The notes below the pieces were generated by a model that had not been told where the DNA came from, did not search any database, and saw nothing but the letters and a program-made list of their open reading frames with translations. A stretch of DNA of 63,617 bases, filler included. It is 7 parts of 7 records of this genome, joined end to end, with 100 filler letters (N's around TTAATTAATTAA, not from the genome) between each part and the next. Parts side by side here need not be neighbours in the genome. Positions count along the whole stretch, not along the records: positions 44,934 to 50,966 come from SRR20825019_1595; positions 51,067 to 58,198 come from SRR20825019_1601; positions 58,299 to 63,617 come from SRR20825019_1625; 4 more parts are not named here. One strand, written 5' to 3'. Positions 49,414 to 58,597 of this stretch are shown one piece after another. The first letter of the stretch is position 1. Each line of letters begins with the position of its first letter. The position numbers were made by a program, and so were the translations under genes.

Positions 49414-50029
49414 CGACCATCTGGTCGTGCGCCGTGGCATCGAACACGTGCTGGCCGATGACCCGGATTTCAAGATCGTGGCCGAACTGGGCGAGGGACA
49501 GGCCGCCGTCGCTGCCTATCGCGCCAGCCGGCCGGATGTGGTGCTGCTGGATGTGCGGATGCCGGGCATGAGCGGGATCGACACCGCCCGCGCCCTGCTG
49601 GCCGAGGATCCCGACGCGCGGATCGTGGCGCTGAGCTCCTTCACCACCGATGATCTGATCGACGCCATGATGGCGGCCGGGGTCCGGGGCTATCTGCCCA
49701 AGGAAGTCTCGGAACTCGCGCTGAAAGAGGCGCTGCGCCGCGTCGCCCGAGGCGAAAGCCTGGCCCGTCCCGCAGGCAGCGAGGCCGCGGCGCGCGGGGC
49801 GGATACCGGCGATCTGGCTCAGGTGCTGGGGGCGCAGCAGCTCAAGGTGCTGGCGCTGATGGTCAAGGGCCTGACCAACCCCGAGATCGCCGCGCTGCTC
49901 AGCATCACCCGGCCCACCGCGCGCTACCATGTCAGCGCGATCCTGAAGAAGCTCGATGTCTCGAACCGGGCCGAGGCCGTGGCGCTGGCGGTGCGCAGCG
50001 GGCTGGTGCGGGACGAAGACGGCTTCTGA
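49376..50029 (+). CDS. NarL/LuxR-family response regulator
   Basis: VDDH, LLDVRMP, GYLPK, GLTNPEIA...HVSAILKKL. Confidence 0.92.
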   Translation: MTTATAIRVMLVDDHLVVRRGIEHVLADDPDFKIVAELGEGQAAVAAYRASRPDVVLLDVRMPGMSGIDTARALLAEDPDARIVALSSFTTDDLIDAMMAAGVRGYLPKEVSELALKEALRRVARGESLARPAGSEAAARGADTGDLAQVLGAQQLKVLALMVKGLTNPEIAALLSITRPTARYHVSAILKKLDVSNRAEAVALAVRSGLVRDEDGF

Positions 50030-50134
50030 CCCCGGGCACCCCTGCCCCCCTGCCCGCGTGACACAAGCGCCGCCCGGCAAGGGTCTCACAGGATTTCGCT
50101 TTCCTCACGCCGACTTGGGGCGTAGGAAACGGGA

Positions 50135-50966
50135 ATGCGGATTCTGTTTCTTGGCGATGTGATGGGCCGGGCCGGTCGCACCGCGGTAGCCGAGCGGCTG
50201 CCGGGGATGCGTCGGGACTGGGCCTTGGATTTTGTGGTGGTCAACGGCGAGAACGCGACCTCGGGCATGGGGCTGTCGCCCGATCATGCCGCGGGGCTCT
50301 TCGCCGCGGGCGCCGATGTGGTGACGCTGGGCGACCATGCCTTCGATCAGAAGGCGATGACCGGCCATATCGACGGCGAGCCGCGGCTGATCCGGGCGAT
50401 CAACTTCTCCAAGGTCGCGCCCGGCGTCGGCGCCCGGGTCTTCAGCGCGCCGGACGGTCGGCAGGTGCTGGTGGCGCAGGTCATGGGGCAGGTCTTCATG
50501 AAACGCCCCTTCGACGACCCGTTCAGTGCCATCGAGCCGGTGCTGCGCGCCCATCCCCTGGGCGGGCGGGTGCAGGCCACCATCGTCGATGTCCATGCCG
50601 AGGCCACCTCCGAAAAGATGGCCATGGGCCATTGGTGCGACGGCCGGGCCTCGCTGGTGGTAGGCACCCATACCCATGTCCCGACCAGCGACGCCCAGAT
50701 CCTGAACGGCGGCACCGCCTATCTGACGGATGCGGGCATGTGCGGCGATTATGACAGCGTGATCGGCATGCAGAAGGAAGAGCCGCTGCGGCGCTTCATC
50801 ACCGGCATGCCGCGCGCCCGGTTCGAGCCGGCGCTGGGGCAGGCCACCGTCTCGGGCATCTTTGTCGAGACCGACGACCGCACCGGCAAGGCGCTGTCGG
50901 TGGCCATGGTCCGCCAGGGCGGGCGGCTGCAACCGAGCGGCCCCGCCCCCGTCACGCCATCCGTCG
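50135..50966 (+). CDS. YmdB/TIGR00282 metallophosphoesterase (runs into the gap)
   Basis: FLGDVMG, NGEN, DVHAEATSEK, GTHTHV, TDAGMCG. Confidence 0.92.
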
Positions 50967-51066
50967 NNNNNNNNNNNNNNNNNNNNNNNNNNNNNNNNNN
51001 NNNNNNNNNNTTAATTAATTAANNNNNNNNNNNNNNNNNNNNNNNNNNNNNNNNNNNNNNNNNNNN

Positions 51067-51683
51067 CCGCCACCACCGTGGCCACCGCCACCACCGTGGC
51101 CGTCATCGTCGTCATATTCGTCAGGCTCTTCGTCGTCGTAGTCGTCCGGATCATTGCCGCCACCACCATTGCCGCCGCCGGGGTCGCCACCACCAGTGCT
51201 ACCGCCACCACCACCACTCGTGGTCGGCGAGGCCGGGCCCCCGACATTGCCACTGACTAGACTGGTCGGCGGGCCGTCAGGATTGGGTCCCCCGCCAGTG
51301 GCGGCCGTCGTAAAGCCTCTGGTGCAGAGGCTTTCGGCCAGTACCTGTAACGCTTCGCGGTCGGATGCACTGGTGCTGGCCTGGGCGGCGACGCGAATTC
51401 CATTGGCAATATCGAGACAGGTCAGAAATGGCGTTTGGGGCTGGCGGGCAATCTCGGCCAGAGCGACACTCAGCGTTACCAGATCGGCATTGCGTTGGGC
51501 GCCGGCTGGATAGTTTGAGACCGCAGCGCGGACCACAGGGACACAGCTCTGCAGGAAGCCGGCCGGACAATCGTTCAGGACCGTCTGGACCAGACTGCCG
51601 CCCTGTTGGGCCGTCGCAATCGAGGGTATTCCGGCCACGGATAGAGTCGAGCCGATGAGCAAAGCAAATGCAAGCTTCTTCAT
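51067..51683 (-). CDS. Secreted hypothetical protein with four Cys and a Gly/Asp-rich tail (truncated)
   Basis: GGAGG RBS, signal peptide MKKLAFALLIG..., GGGG/DDYDDEE low-complexity end. Confidence 0.7.
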
Positions 51684-51917
51684 GACATCCTCCCTGGGCG
51701 ATCTGAACGATGTCGCCACAGTAAATGGGTTACGCTGGACCAAATTTATCTTTGGAAAACTCGGTCATTTATATTGTTAGCGTATAGATGTCGGAAGTTT
51801 TGTGGTAGCTACGGGAGGCTAGCCATTTTACAGACCTTAGGCGGTGCTTTGGTTAGACTTTAGTCCCGGACCAAAGTCCGAATCTTTTCATCGATCAATG
51901 GCAGCAGGGGGTGGCGC

Positions 51918-52526
51918 TCAGGCTGCGGTGGACCAGGCGATCCAGCCGGCGACTGCCACCAACAGCAGAGTGAAAAGGACACCCATCTGTCTCCGACTCT
52001 CCGGTGCGGTCAGGAATGGTTGTACGCTTCCAGCCAGCAATACGACGCCAGCATGGACGAGCGTGGCGACCAGCACATAGATCGAACCAAACGCCAGGGC
52101 CTCCCCCAGAGAAGTACTGGTGAGAAAGCTCGGCATGACCGTGACGTAGAACAGGGCGGCCTTGGGGTTGAGCAGATTGGTGATCAGCCCGCGGAGGAAA
52201 AAGCGTCGGGTGCCCTCGGTTGGATCGAGGGCAGCAATTGATTTGCGAGAGTCGCCCCAGGCCTCCCAGGCGAGATAAAGCAGGTAGGCCACCCCGCCCC
52301 AGCGCAGGATCTGGTAGAGCCAGGGCTGCTCAAGCACTAGCGCGCCGAGACCGAAAACGGCCAACAGGCCAAGCCCCGCCAAGCCCAGAGCAACGCCGGC
52401 GACAGCCGCCAGGCCAGCGACGCGGCCCCGATCTGCCGCCAGGATGGCGAGATAGGCCATGTTGGGGCCGGGGGTGAGTTCAATCAGCAGGCTCGCCAGC
52501 GCAAAAGCAAGAAGCGCGGCACTCAT
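51918..52526 (-). CDS. LysE/RhtB-family exporter
   Basis: TPGPNM, GVAYLLYLAW, NLLNPKA. Confidence 0.9.
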   Translation of the reverse strand: MSAALLAFALASLLIELTPGPNMAYLAILAADRGRVAGLAAVAGVALGLAGLGLLAVFGLGALVLEQPWLYQILRWGGVAYLLYLAWEAWGDSRKSIAALDPTEGTRRFFLRGLITNLLNPKAALFYVTVMPSFLTSTSLGEALAFGSIYVLVATLVHAGVVLLAGSVQPFLTAPESRRQMGVLFTLLLVAVAGWIAWSTAA

Positions 52527-52617
52527 GGCCGCGCTTTTGGTGATGTTGTGCCGATTACTGACATGAAATTGGCTAAGTCTCCCGCCATTCGAGCGTAGCT
52601 TTCATGGCCCCTGACCT

Positions 52618-52642
52618 CAAATCCCTCCACCGGAGGGATTTG
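52618..52642. terminator. Hairpin after pntB
   Basis: CAAATCCCTCC-acc-GGAGGGATTTG inverted repeat 13 nt past the pntB stop; the U-tract is weak. Confidence 0.6.
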
Positions 52643-52655
52643 CCTCATAGGACGG

Positions 52656-54062
52656 TCAGTGGCCAAAAGCCTTCACAATATCCTCGGTGACCTTCTTGGC
52701 GTCGCCGAATAGCATCATGGTGTTGTCGCGGAAGAACAATTCGTTCTGCACGCCCGCATAGCCCGCGGCCATGCCGCGCTTGATGAACAGCACAGTGCCC
52801 GCATCCTCGACGTTGAGAACCGGCATGCCGTAGATCGGCGAGGTCTTGTCGGTCTTGGCCGAAGGGTTGGTGACGTCATTGGCGCCGATGACGAAGGCGA
52901 CATCGGACTGGGCGAATTCGGAGTTGATGTCTTCGAGTTCGAACACTTCGTCATAGGGCACATTGGCTTCGGCGAGGAGCACATTCATGTGCCCGGGCAT
53001 CCGGCCGGCCACCGGGTGGATGGCATATTTGACCTCGACGCCTTCGGCCTTGAGCAGGTCGGCCATTTCGCGGAGGGCATGCTGGGCCTGAGCCACGGCC
53101 ATGCCGTAGCCGGGGACGATGATGACCTTGCCGGCGTTTTTCATCAGGAAAGCCGCGTCGTCGGCGGCGCCCTGCTTGACCGGACGATCATCCTCGCCAG
53201 CGGCAGCACCGCCAGAAGTGTCGCCACCAAAGCCACCCAGGATCACCGAGATGAACGAGCGGTTCATGGCCTTGCACATGATGTAGCTCAGGATCGCACC
53301 CGAGGAGCCGACCAGCGCGCCGGTGATGATCAGCGCGGTATTGCCCAAGGTGAAACCGATGCCGGCGGCCGCCCAACCCGAATAGGAATTGAGCATGGAA
53401 ACCACGACCGGCATGTCCGCGCCGCCGATGGGGATGATCATCAGCCCGCCCAGGATCAAGGCGAGGATGGTGATCATCCAGAACAACCAGGGATTGCCGG
53501 TGACGGTAAAGGCCCAGACCAGCAGGACGATGGCCAACCCAATCGCAATATGAAGCAAATGGCGCATGGGCAGGATAATCGGCTTGCCGCTCATATTGCC
53601 GTTGAGCTTGGCGAAGGCGATGACTGAGCCGGTAAAGGTGAAGGCGCCGATGGCGGTGCCGATCGACATTTCGATCAGCGCCTGGGCGTGGACGGCCCCG
53701 ACCTCACCAATGCCGAAGGCCTCGGGCGCATAGAGCGCCGCTGCGGCCACGAAGACGGCGGCAAGGCCGACCAGGGAGTGGAAGGCGGCCACGAGCTGGG
53801 GCATGTCGGTCATCTTGACCGAGCGGGCGATATAAGCGCCGATGCCACCACCAAGGGCGAGTCCGCCGATAATCAGCAGCCAGCTCATGAAATCGCTGGG
53901 CGAAGCCACCATCAGCGTGGTGACCACGGCAATGCCCATGCCGATCATGCCAAACAGATTGCCCTGGCGCGATGAGGAGGGGTGGGACAGGCCCCGGAGG
54001 GCCAGGATGAACAGAACGCCCGAAACCAGATAGAGAAGGGCGGCGATATTTGCGTCGATCAT
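52656..54062 (-). CDS. pntB: NAD(P) transhydrogenase subunit beta
   Basis: MPQLVAAFHS, IGGADMPVV, PGYGMAVAQAQ, HPVAGRMPGHMN. Confidence 0.97.
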   Translation of the reverse strand: MIDANIAALLYLVSGVLFILALRGLSHPSSSRQGNLFGMIGMGIAVVTTLMVASPSDFMSWLLIIGGLALGGGIGAYIARSVKMTDMPQLVAAFHSLVGLAAVFVAAAALYAPEAFGIGEVGAVHAQALIEMSIGTAIGAFTFTGSVIAFAKLNGNMSGKPIILPMRHLLHIAIGLAIVLLVWAFTVTGNPWLFWMITILALILGGLMIIPIGGADMPVVVSMLNSYSGWAAAGIGFTLGNTALIITGALVGSSGAILSYIMCKAMNRSFISVILGGFGGDTSGGAAAGEDDRPVKQGAADDAAFLMKNAGKVIIVPGYGMAVAQAQHALREMADLLKAEGVEVKYAIHPVAGRMPGHMNVLLAEANVPYDEVFELEDINSEFAQSDVAFVIGANDVTNPSAKTDKTSPIYGMPVLNVEDAGTVLFIKRGMAAGYAGVQNELFFRDNTMMLFGDAKKVTEDIVKAFGH

Positions 54063-54067
54063 TTCGA

Positions 54068-54427
54068 TCAGCCCTTCTTCTTGTACATGGCCAGCATGCG
54101 CTGGGTCACCAGGAACCCGCCAAAGATGTTCACGCTTGCGAACACCAGGGCGATGAAGCCGAAGAGTTTACTGACCCAGCTGGCGTCATTGGCCAGTTGC
54201 ACGCCGACGGCGAGCAGGGCGCCCACCACGATCACCGAGGAGATTGCGTTGGTGACGCTCATCAGCGGTGTGTGGAGGGCCGGGGTGACGCTCCAGACCA
54301 CGAAATAGCCCACAAAGATCGCGAGCACGAAAATGGCGAGGCGGAAGGTGAAGGGGTCGATGGCGCCGCCGATGGCCCCATGGGCCACGGCCGCGGCGTT
54401 GGCGACAGTTTCTGCTGTAGCTTCCAT
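54068..54427 (-). CDS. pntA: NAD(P) transhydrogenase alpha subunit, part 2
   Basis: [31 protein letters not shown]. Confidence 0.95.
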   Translation of the reverse strand: MEATAETVANAAAVAHGAIGGAIDPFTFRLAIFVLAIFVGYFVVWSVTPALHTPLMSVTNAISSVIVVGALLAVGVQLANDASWVSKLFGFIALVFASVNIFGGFLVTQRMLAMYKKKG

Positions 54428-55969
54428 TTACTTTTCTCCTCCCTCGGGGGCGGCAGGTTTCTTGACCGCGGGCTTCTTCGCCGCCGGCTTTCTGGCAGCC
54501 GGCCTCTTGGCTGCGGGTGCCTTGGCCGCCGCATCGGTCTGCGGGTGCGCTTCGGCAGCGGCCGCTTTGGCTGCAGGTTTGCGGGCCGCAGACTTGCGCG
54601 GGGCCGGCTTGGCTTCCGGGTCGTGGGCGACATCGGGTTTGGGTGCCGCAGCGGGTTTGGGCGCCGCATCGGATTTGCCGGCAGCGGCCTTGCTTGCGGC
54701 CGGCTTGCGCGTCGCCGGTTTTTTGGCCGGTGCCGGTTTGGCCTCCGGATCATGGGCAATGTCGGCCTTAGCCGGCGCCTTTTTCGCGGCAGGCTTCCTG
54801 GCCGGTGCGGGCTTGGCTTCGGGGTCGTGTGCCGTATCGGCCTTGGGCGCGGCGAAGGCTGGATGCACCACGGCGCCCTCACGGGTCAGCACGGTAGCCT
54901 TGACCAGTTGGTCATCCCAGTTGATGGCCAGTTTCTTCTCCTTGGCGTCGATCAGCGTGGTGATGAAGGCGAGGAGGTTGCGGGCATAGAGCTGGCTGGC
55001 AGTGGTTGGGATATGACCGGCCAGGTTCGTGTAGCCGATGATGGTCACCCCATTATGGGTGATGACCTTGCCCGGCTGGGTCAACTCGACATTGCCGCCG
55101 CGTTCGGCAGCGAGGTCGACGATCACCGAGCCCGGCGCCATGGATTCGACCATGGCTTTGGTGACCAGCTTCGGTGCAGGCCGGCCGGGAATGAGCGCGG
55201 TGGTGAAGACCATGTCTTGCTTGGAAATGTGCCCGGCAACCAGTTCGGCCTGGGCCGCTTGCTCGTCCTTGGTCAGTTCGCGCGCATAGCCACCGGTGCC
55301 CGATGCGTCTTTGAGCGCTTCGGTCATGATGAATTTGCCGCCAAGCGATTCCACCTGCTCGCCGGCTGCAGCGCGGACATCGGTGGCCGAAACCACGGCG
55401 CCAAGGCGCTTGGCGGTGGCGATGGCCTGCAGGCCCGCCACGCCGGCGCCCATCACAAAGGCCTTGGCCGGACGTACGGTGCCGGCTGCGGTCATCATCA
55501 TGGGCATGGCACGATCGAAGACCGCGGCTGCCTCGATGACGGCCTGATAGCCCGCCAAATTGGCCTGGGAAGAGAGGATATCCATGACCTGTGCGCGGGT
55601 GATGCGCGGCATGAATTCCATGGACATGGCCGCCACACCCGCCTTGGCGAGCGCTGCAACGTCCTTTTCATTGCCATAGGGGTCGAGCGCGCCGATCAAC
55701 AGGGCGCCGGCGTTGACGCCCTTGAGCTCGGCAGCGGCCGGACGGCGCACGCAGAGTACGATATCGGCACCCTTCAGGGTCGCGGCCGTCGTGGCGCCAA
55801 TGGTCGCGCCGGCCTCTTTGAACTGATCGTCGGAAATGCGCGAGCCGGTGCCGGCGCCTTTTTCAACGGCGATCTCGGCGCCCAGTGCGACATATTTGGC
55901 GACGGTTTCGGGTGTCGCCGCAACGCGGCTTTCACCTTCGAACCGTTCGCGCAAAACGGCAATCTTCAT
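54428..55969 (-). CDS. pntA: NAD(P) transhydrogenase alpha subunit, part 1, with a long basic repeat tail
   Basis: RVAATPET, PRITRAQ, GAGVAGLQA, TALIPG, DLAAERGGN; start MKIAVL. Confidence 0.95.
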   Translation of the reverse strand: MKIAVLRERFEGESRVAATPETVAKYVALGAEIAVEKGAGTGSRISDDQFKEAGATIGATTAATLKGADIVLCVRRPAAAELKGVNAGALLIGALDPYGNEKDVAALAKAGVAAMSMEFMPRITRAQVMDILSSQANLAGYQAVIEAAAVFDRAMPMMMTAAGTVRPAKAFVMGAGVAGLQAIATAKRLGAVVSATDVRAAAGEQVESLGGKFIMTEALKDASGTGGYARELTKDEQAAQAELVAGHISKQDMVFTTALIPGRPAPKLVTKAMVESMAPGSVIVDLAAERGGNVELTQPGKVITHNGVTIIGYTNLAGHIPTTASQLYARNLLAFITTLIDAKEKKLAINWDDQLVKATVLTREGAVVHPAFAAPKADTAHDPEAKPAPARKPAAKKAPAKADIAHDPEAKPAPAKKPATRKPAASKAAAGKSDAAPKPAAAPKPDVAHDPEAKPAPRKSAARKPAAKAAAAEAHPQTDAAAKAPAAKRPAARKPAAKKPAVKKPAAPEGGEK

Positions 55970-56034
55970 GGAAACTCTCCTGCCCACCTGCCCGGGGGCA
56001 GGCGCGTTTCGTGTGCCTGCGGGTTATTCTGCGA

Positions 56035-56199
56035 TCAGGGATTGATCACGAAGTAGAGGATGATCATCAGCACCGCCGTGGCATAGACCGACCACTTCAC
56101 GCCGGTGATGAAGCCATTATAGGTCTTCTCGTGTTCGGCGTAGTCCATACCAGATTCCAGTACCGGCTCAGGGTGGTGTTCGGGGCGGTTTTTGGCCAT
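56035..56199 (-). CDS. aa3-type cytochrome c oxidase subunit IV family small protein (not in the ORF track)
   Basis: Manual translation MAKNRPEHHPEPVLESGMDYAEHEKTYNGFITGVKWSVYATAVLMIILYFVINP. Confidence 0.85.
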   Translation of the reverse strand: MAKNRPEHHPEPVLESGMDYAEHEKTYNGFITGVKWSVYATAVLMIILYFVINP

Positions 56200-56249
56200 T
56201 GGGTCCTCGAAAGTATAGTCGTCTATTCGGGTTACGCCGAAAGTCCCAC

Positions 56250-58052
56250 TCAGGGCGCGGTGGCTTCCAGCTCGTCAATCAGCCGCTCGATCATGGAAAG
56301 GCCGAGCGACCAGAATTGGGGATCTTTGGCATCGAGCCCGAACGGCGCGAGTAGTTCGGAATGATGCTTGCTGCCCCCGGCCTTGAGAAGCGCGAAATAG
56401 CGCTCCGCAAAGCCATCACTGGCCTTCTCATACTGTGCGTAAAGCGAGTTCACAAGGCAGTCGCCAAAGGCATAGGCATAGACATAGAAGGGCGAGTGGA
56501 TGAAATGGGGGATATAGGCCCAGAAGGTTTCGTAGCCTTGATTGGCAATGATGCCCTCGCCTAGGGACTCGGCCTGCACCTCGAGCCAGAGGGCGTTGAT
56601 CTCCTCGGTGCGCAATTCGCCCAAACGGCGGGCGGTGTGCACCTTGCGTTCAAAGGCATAAAAGGCGATCTGCCGCACGACGGTATTGAGCATGTCCTCG
56701 ACCTTGCCCGAGAGCAGGGCGAAGCGCTGCTTGGGATCGGTGGTCTTGTCGAGCAGGGCGCGGAAGGTCAGCATTTCGCCAAAGACCGAGGCGGTTTCGG
56801 CCAGGGTCAGTGGTGTATTGGCAAGGATCGGGCCCTGTGCCGCCGCCAGGCGCTGGTGCACGCCATGGCCCAATTCGTGGGCGAGCGTCATGATATCGCG
56901 GGTGCGCCCGAGATAGTTCAGCATCAGATAGGGGTGGGCACTGGGGACGGTGGGGTGCGCGAAGGCGCCCGAGAGTTTGCCATTGCCGGTGGGCGCGTCG
57001 ATCCAACCCGAATTGAAGAAGGGCTTGGCGACGTCGGCCAGCTCAGGGGAAAACCGACCATAGGCGTCGAGTACGGTGGTGACCGCCGTGTCCCAGTCCC
57101 AGATACGCTCGTCGCTCGTGGGCAGGGGCGCATTGCGGTCCCAGGCATTGAGCTTGTCCTTGCCGAACCACTTGGCTTTCATCTTGTAGTAGCGGTGCGA
57201 AAGACGCGGATAGGCGTCCTGCACGGCAACCTGCAGCGCATCGACCACTTCGCGCTCTACCGAATTGGCCATATGGCGGCTATCGGCAATATCCTGGTAG
57301 CCGCGCCAGCGGTCGGAGATTTCCTTGTCCTTGGCCAGGACATTGGTGATGTGGGTGAACAGCCGCCCATTCGCCTTGAGAGTGGTGGCCAGGGCCTTGA
57401 AGGCGGCCTCGCGCTTGGTCTCGTCCCTGTCCGAGAGCAGATGCAGGGTGGATTCGAGATTGAGCGTTTCGCCATCAACCTCGAATTCGAGGCTCGACAG
57501 CGTTTCGTCAAACAGACGGTTCCAAGCTGAATAGGCAGTGACCGACTTGTCGTGGAACAGCTCCTCGAGCTTGTCGTCGAGCTGATAGGGCTTGGCCTTG
57601 CGCAAATCGGCGAACCAGGTCTTGTAGCGCGCCAGCTCCGCATCCTTATCGAGCGCGGCATCCAGATCGGCATCGGCAATGCGGTTAAGCTCAAGTTCGA
57701 AGAACAAAACGCGCGTCGAGAGGTTGGTCAGCGCTTCATTGGTGTCGCCCATGAATTTGGCGCGGTCGGGGTCGGTCGATTTCTGCGCATATTGCAGGAA
57801 GGAGAACGAGCCAATGCGGCCGGTCAGATCGCCCAGCGTCTCGCTGTCCTTGATCGCCTCGATCAGCCGGCCGGTTTTGGTCAGCTCGGCCAGCTTGCCC
57901 TTGTATTTGGCCTCGAATTCGGTGGCCAGGGCCTTGGCCTGGTCCATTGCCGCCTTGAATTCGGGGCTGTCCTTGCCGGGATAGAGATCGTCGAGATCCC
58001 AGACCGGCAGGTTGCCGAACTGGTTGTGGCCTTTTTGAGCGGCGGCGGACAT
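56250..58052 (-). CDS. M3-family oligoendopeptidase F
   Basis: WDLDDLY, TLAHELGHGVH, LAETASVF, HFIHSPFYVYAY. Confidence 0.93.
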   Translation of the reverse strand: MSAAAQKGHNQFGNLPVWDLDDLYPGKDSPEFKAAMDQAKALATEFEAKYKGKLAELTKTGRLIEAIKDSETLGDLTGRIGSFSFLQYAQKSTDPDRAKFMGDTNEALTNLSTRVLFFELELNRIADADLDAALDKDAELARYKTWFADLRKAKPYQLDDKLEELFHDKSVTAYSAWNRLFDETLSSLEFEVDGETLNLESTLHLLSDRDETKREAAFKALATTLKANGRLFTHITNVLAKDKEISDRWRGYQDIADSRHMANSVEREVVDALQVAVQDAYPRLSHRYYKMKAKWFGKDKLNAWDRNAPLPTSDERIWDWDTAVTTVLDAYGRFSPELADVAKPFFNSGWIDAPTGNGKLSGAFAHPTVPSAHPYLMLNYLGRTRDIMTLAHELGHGVHQRLAAAQGPILANTPLTLAETASVFGEMLTFRALLDKTTDPKQRFALLSGKVEDMLNTVVRQIAFYAFERKVHTARRLGELRTEEINALWLEVQAESLGEGIIANQGYETFWAYIPHFIHSPFYVYAYAFGDCLVNSLYAQYEKASDGFAERYFALLKAGGSKHHSELLAPFGLDAKDPQFWSLGLSMIERLIDELEATAP

Positions 58053-58150
58053 GGGCGACTCCAGGAACTGTTTTCGGGGCGGACCTTAGCGAGCGGGAGT
58101 CCGGCTGTGAAGGCGGCGCGGTGATGCGGTTTCCCGTTCTGTCGGGACAT

Positions 58151-58198
58151 CCCCCTCATCCGGCTCTGCGCGCCACCTTCTCCCCGATGGGGAGAAGA
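58151..58198. repeat. Interspersed palindromic repeat at the contig end
   Basis: CCCCCTCATCCGG...CCACCTTCTCCCC-gat-GGGGAGAAG, resembling rhizobial intergenic mosaic elements. Confidence 0.55.
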
Positions 58199-58324
58199 NN
58201 NNNNNNNNNNNNNNNNNNNNNNNNNNNNNNNNNNNNNNNNNNTTAATTAATTAANNNNNNNNNNNNNNNNNNNNNNNNNNNNNNNNNNNNNNNNNNNNAT
58301 TTTCCGCGCCACAAAATGAATCGT

Positions 58325-58400
58325 GCTGATGTAGCTCAGCTGGTAGAGCGGCGCATTCGTAATGCGTAGGTCGTAGGTTCAAATCCTATCATCAGCACCA
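58325..58400 (+). tRNA. tRNA-Thr(CGT)
   Basis: Cloverleaf: GCTGATG/CATCAGC acceptor, GCTC/GAGC D-stem, anticodon loop TT-CGT-AA, GGTTCAAATCC T-arm, encoded CCA; 76 nt. Confidence 0.97.
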
Positions 58401-58404
58401 CTAT

Positions 58405-58439
58405 AACCCCGTCGGGCGAACAGCCCTGCGGGGTTTTTT
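58405..58439 (+). terminator. Intrinsic terminator after the tRNA
   Basis: AACCCCG...GGGC-gaaca-GCCC...CGGGGTT followed by a T-run. Confidence 0.8.
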
Positions 58440-58473
58440 GTTGCCTTTCCCCGGACGCGATTTGACGTTTTTT

Positions 58474-58498
58474 GTCACAACCTCCGGTGCTCCCCGTC
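58474..58498 (+). promoter_or_regulatory. ECF-type promoter, copy 1: GTCACAA-N14-CGTC
   Basis: About 100 nt upstream of ORF 58598; same spacing as the other three copies. Confidence 0.75.
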
Positions 58499-58597
58499 CT
58501 TTTGACATGTGAACCGTCGCAATCCTTGTGAAATCCGGTTCGGCGCAGGCGTGCACCCTCCGCAGCGTTTCGCAAGTGCAACCAGGGGATTGTCAGC

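Noticed and set aside
50030-50134. Possible 6S RNA upstream of the YmdB-like gene
   Set aside because: The interval is only ~105 nt and the usual zapA/ygfA context is absent.
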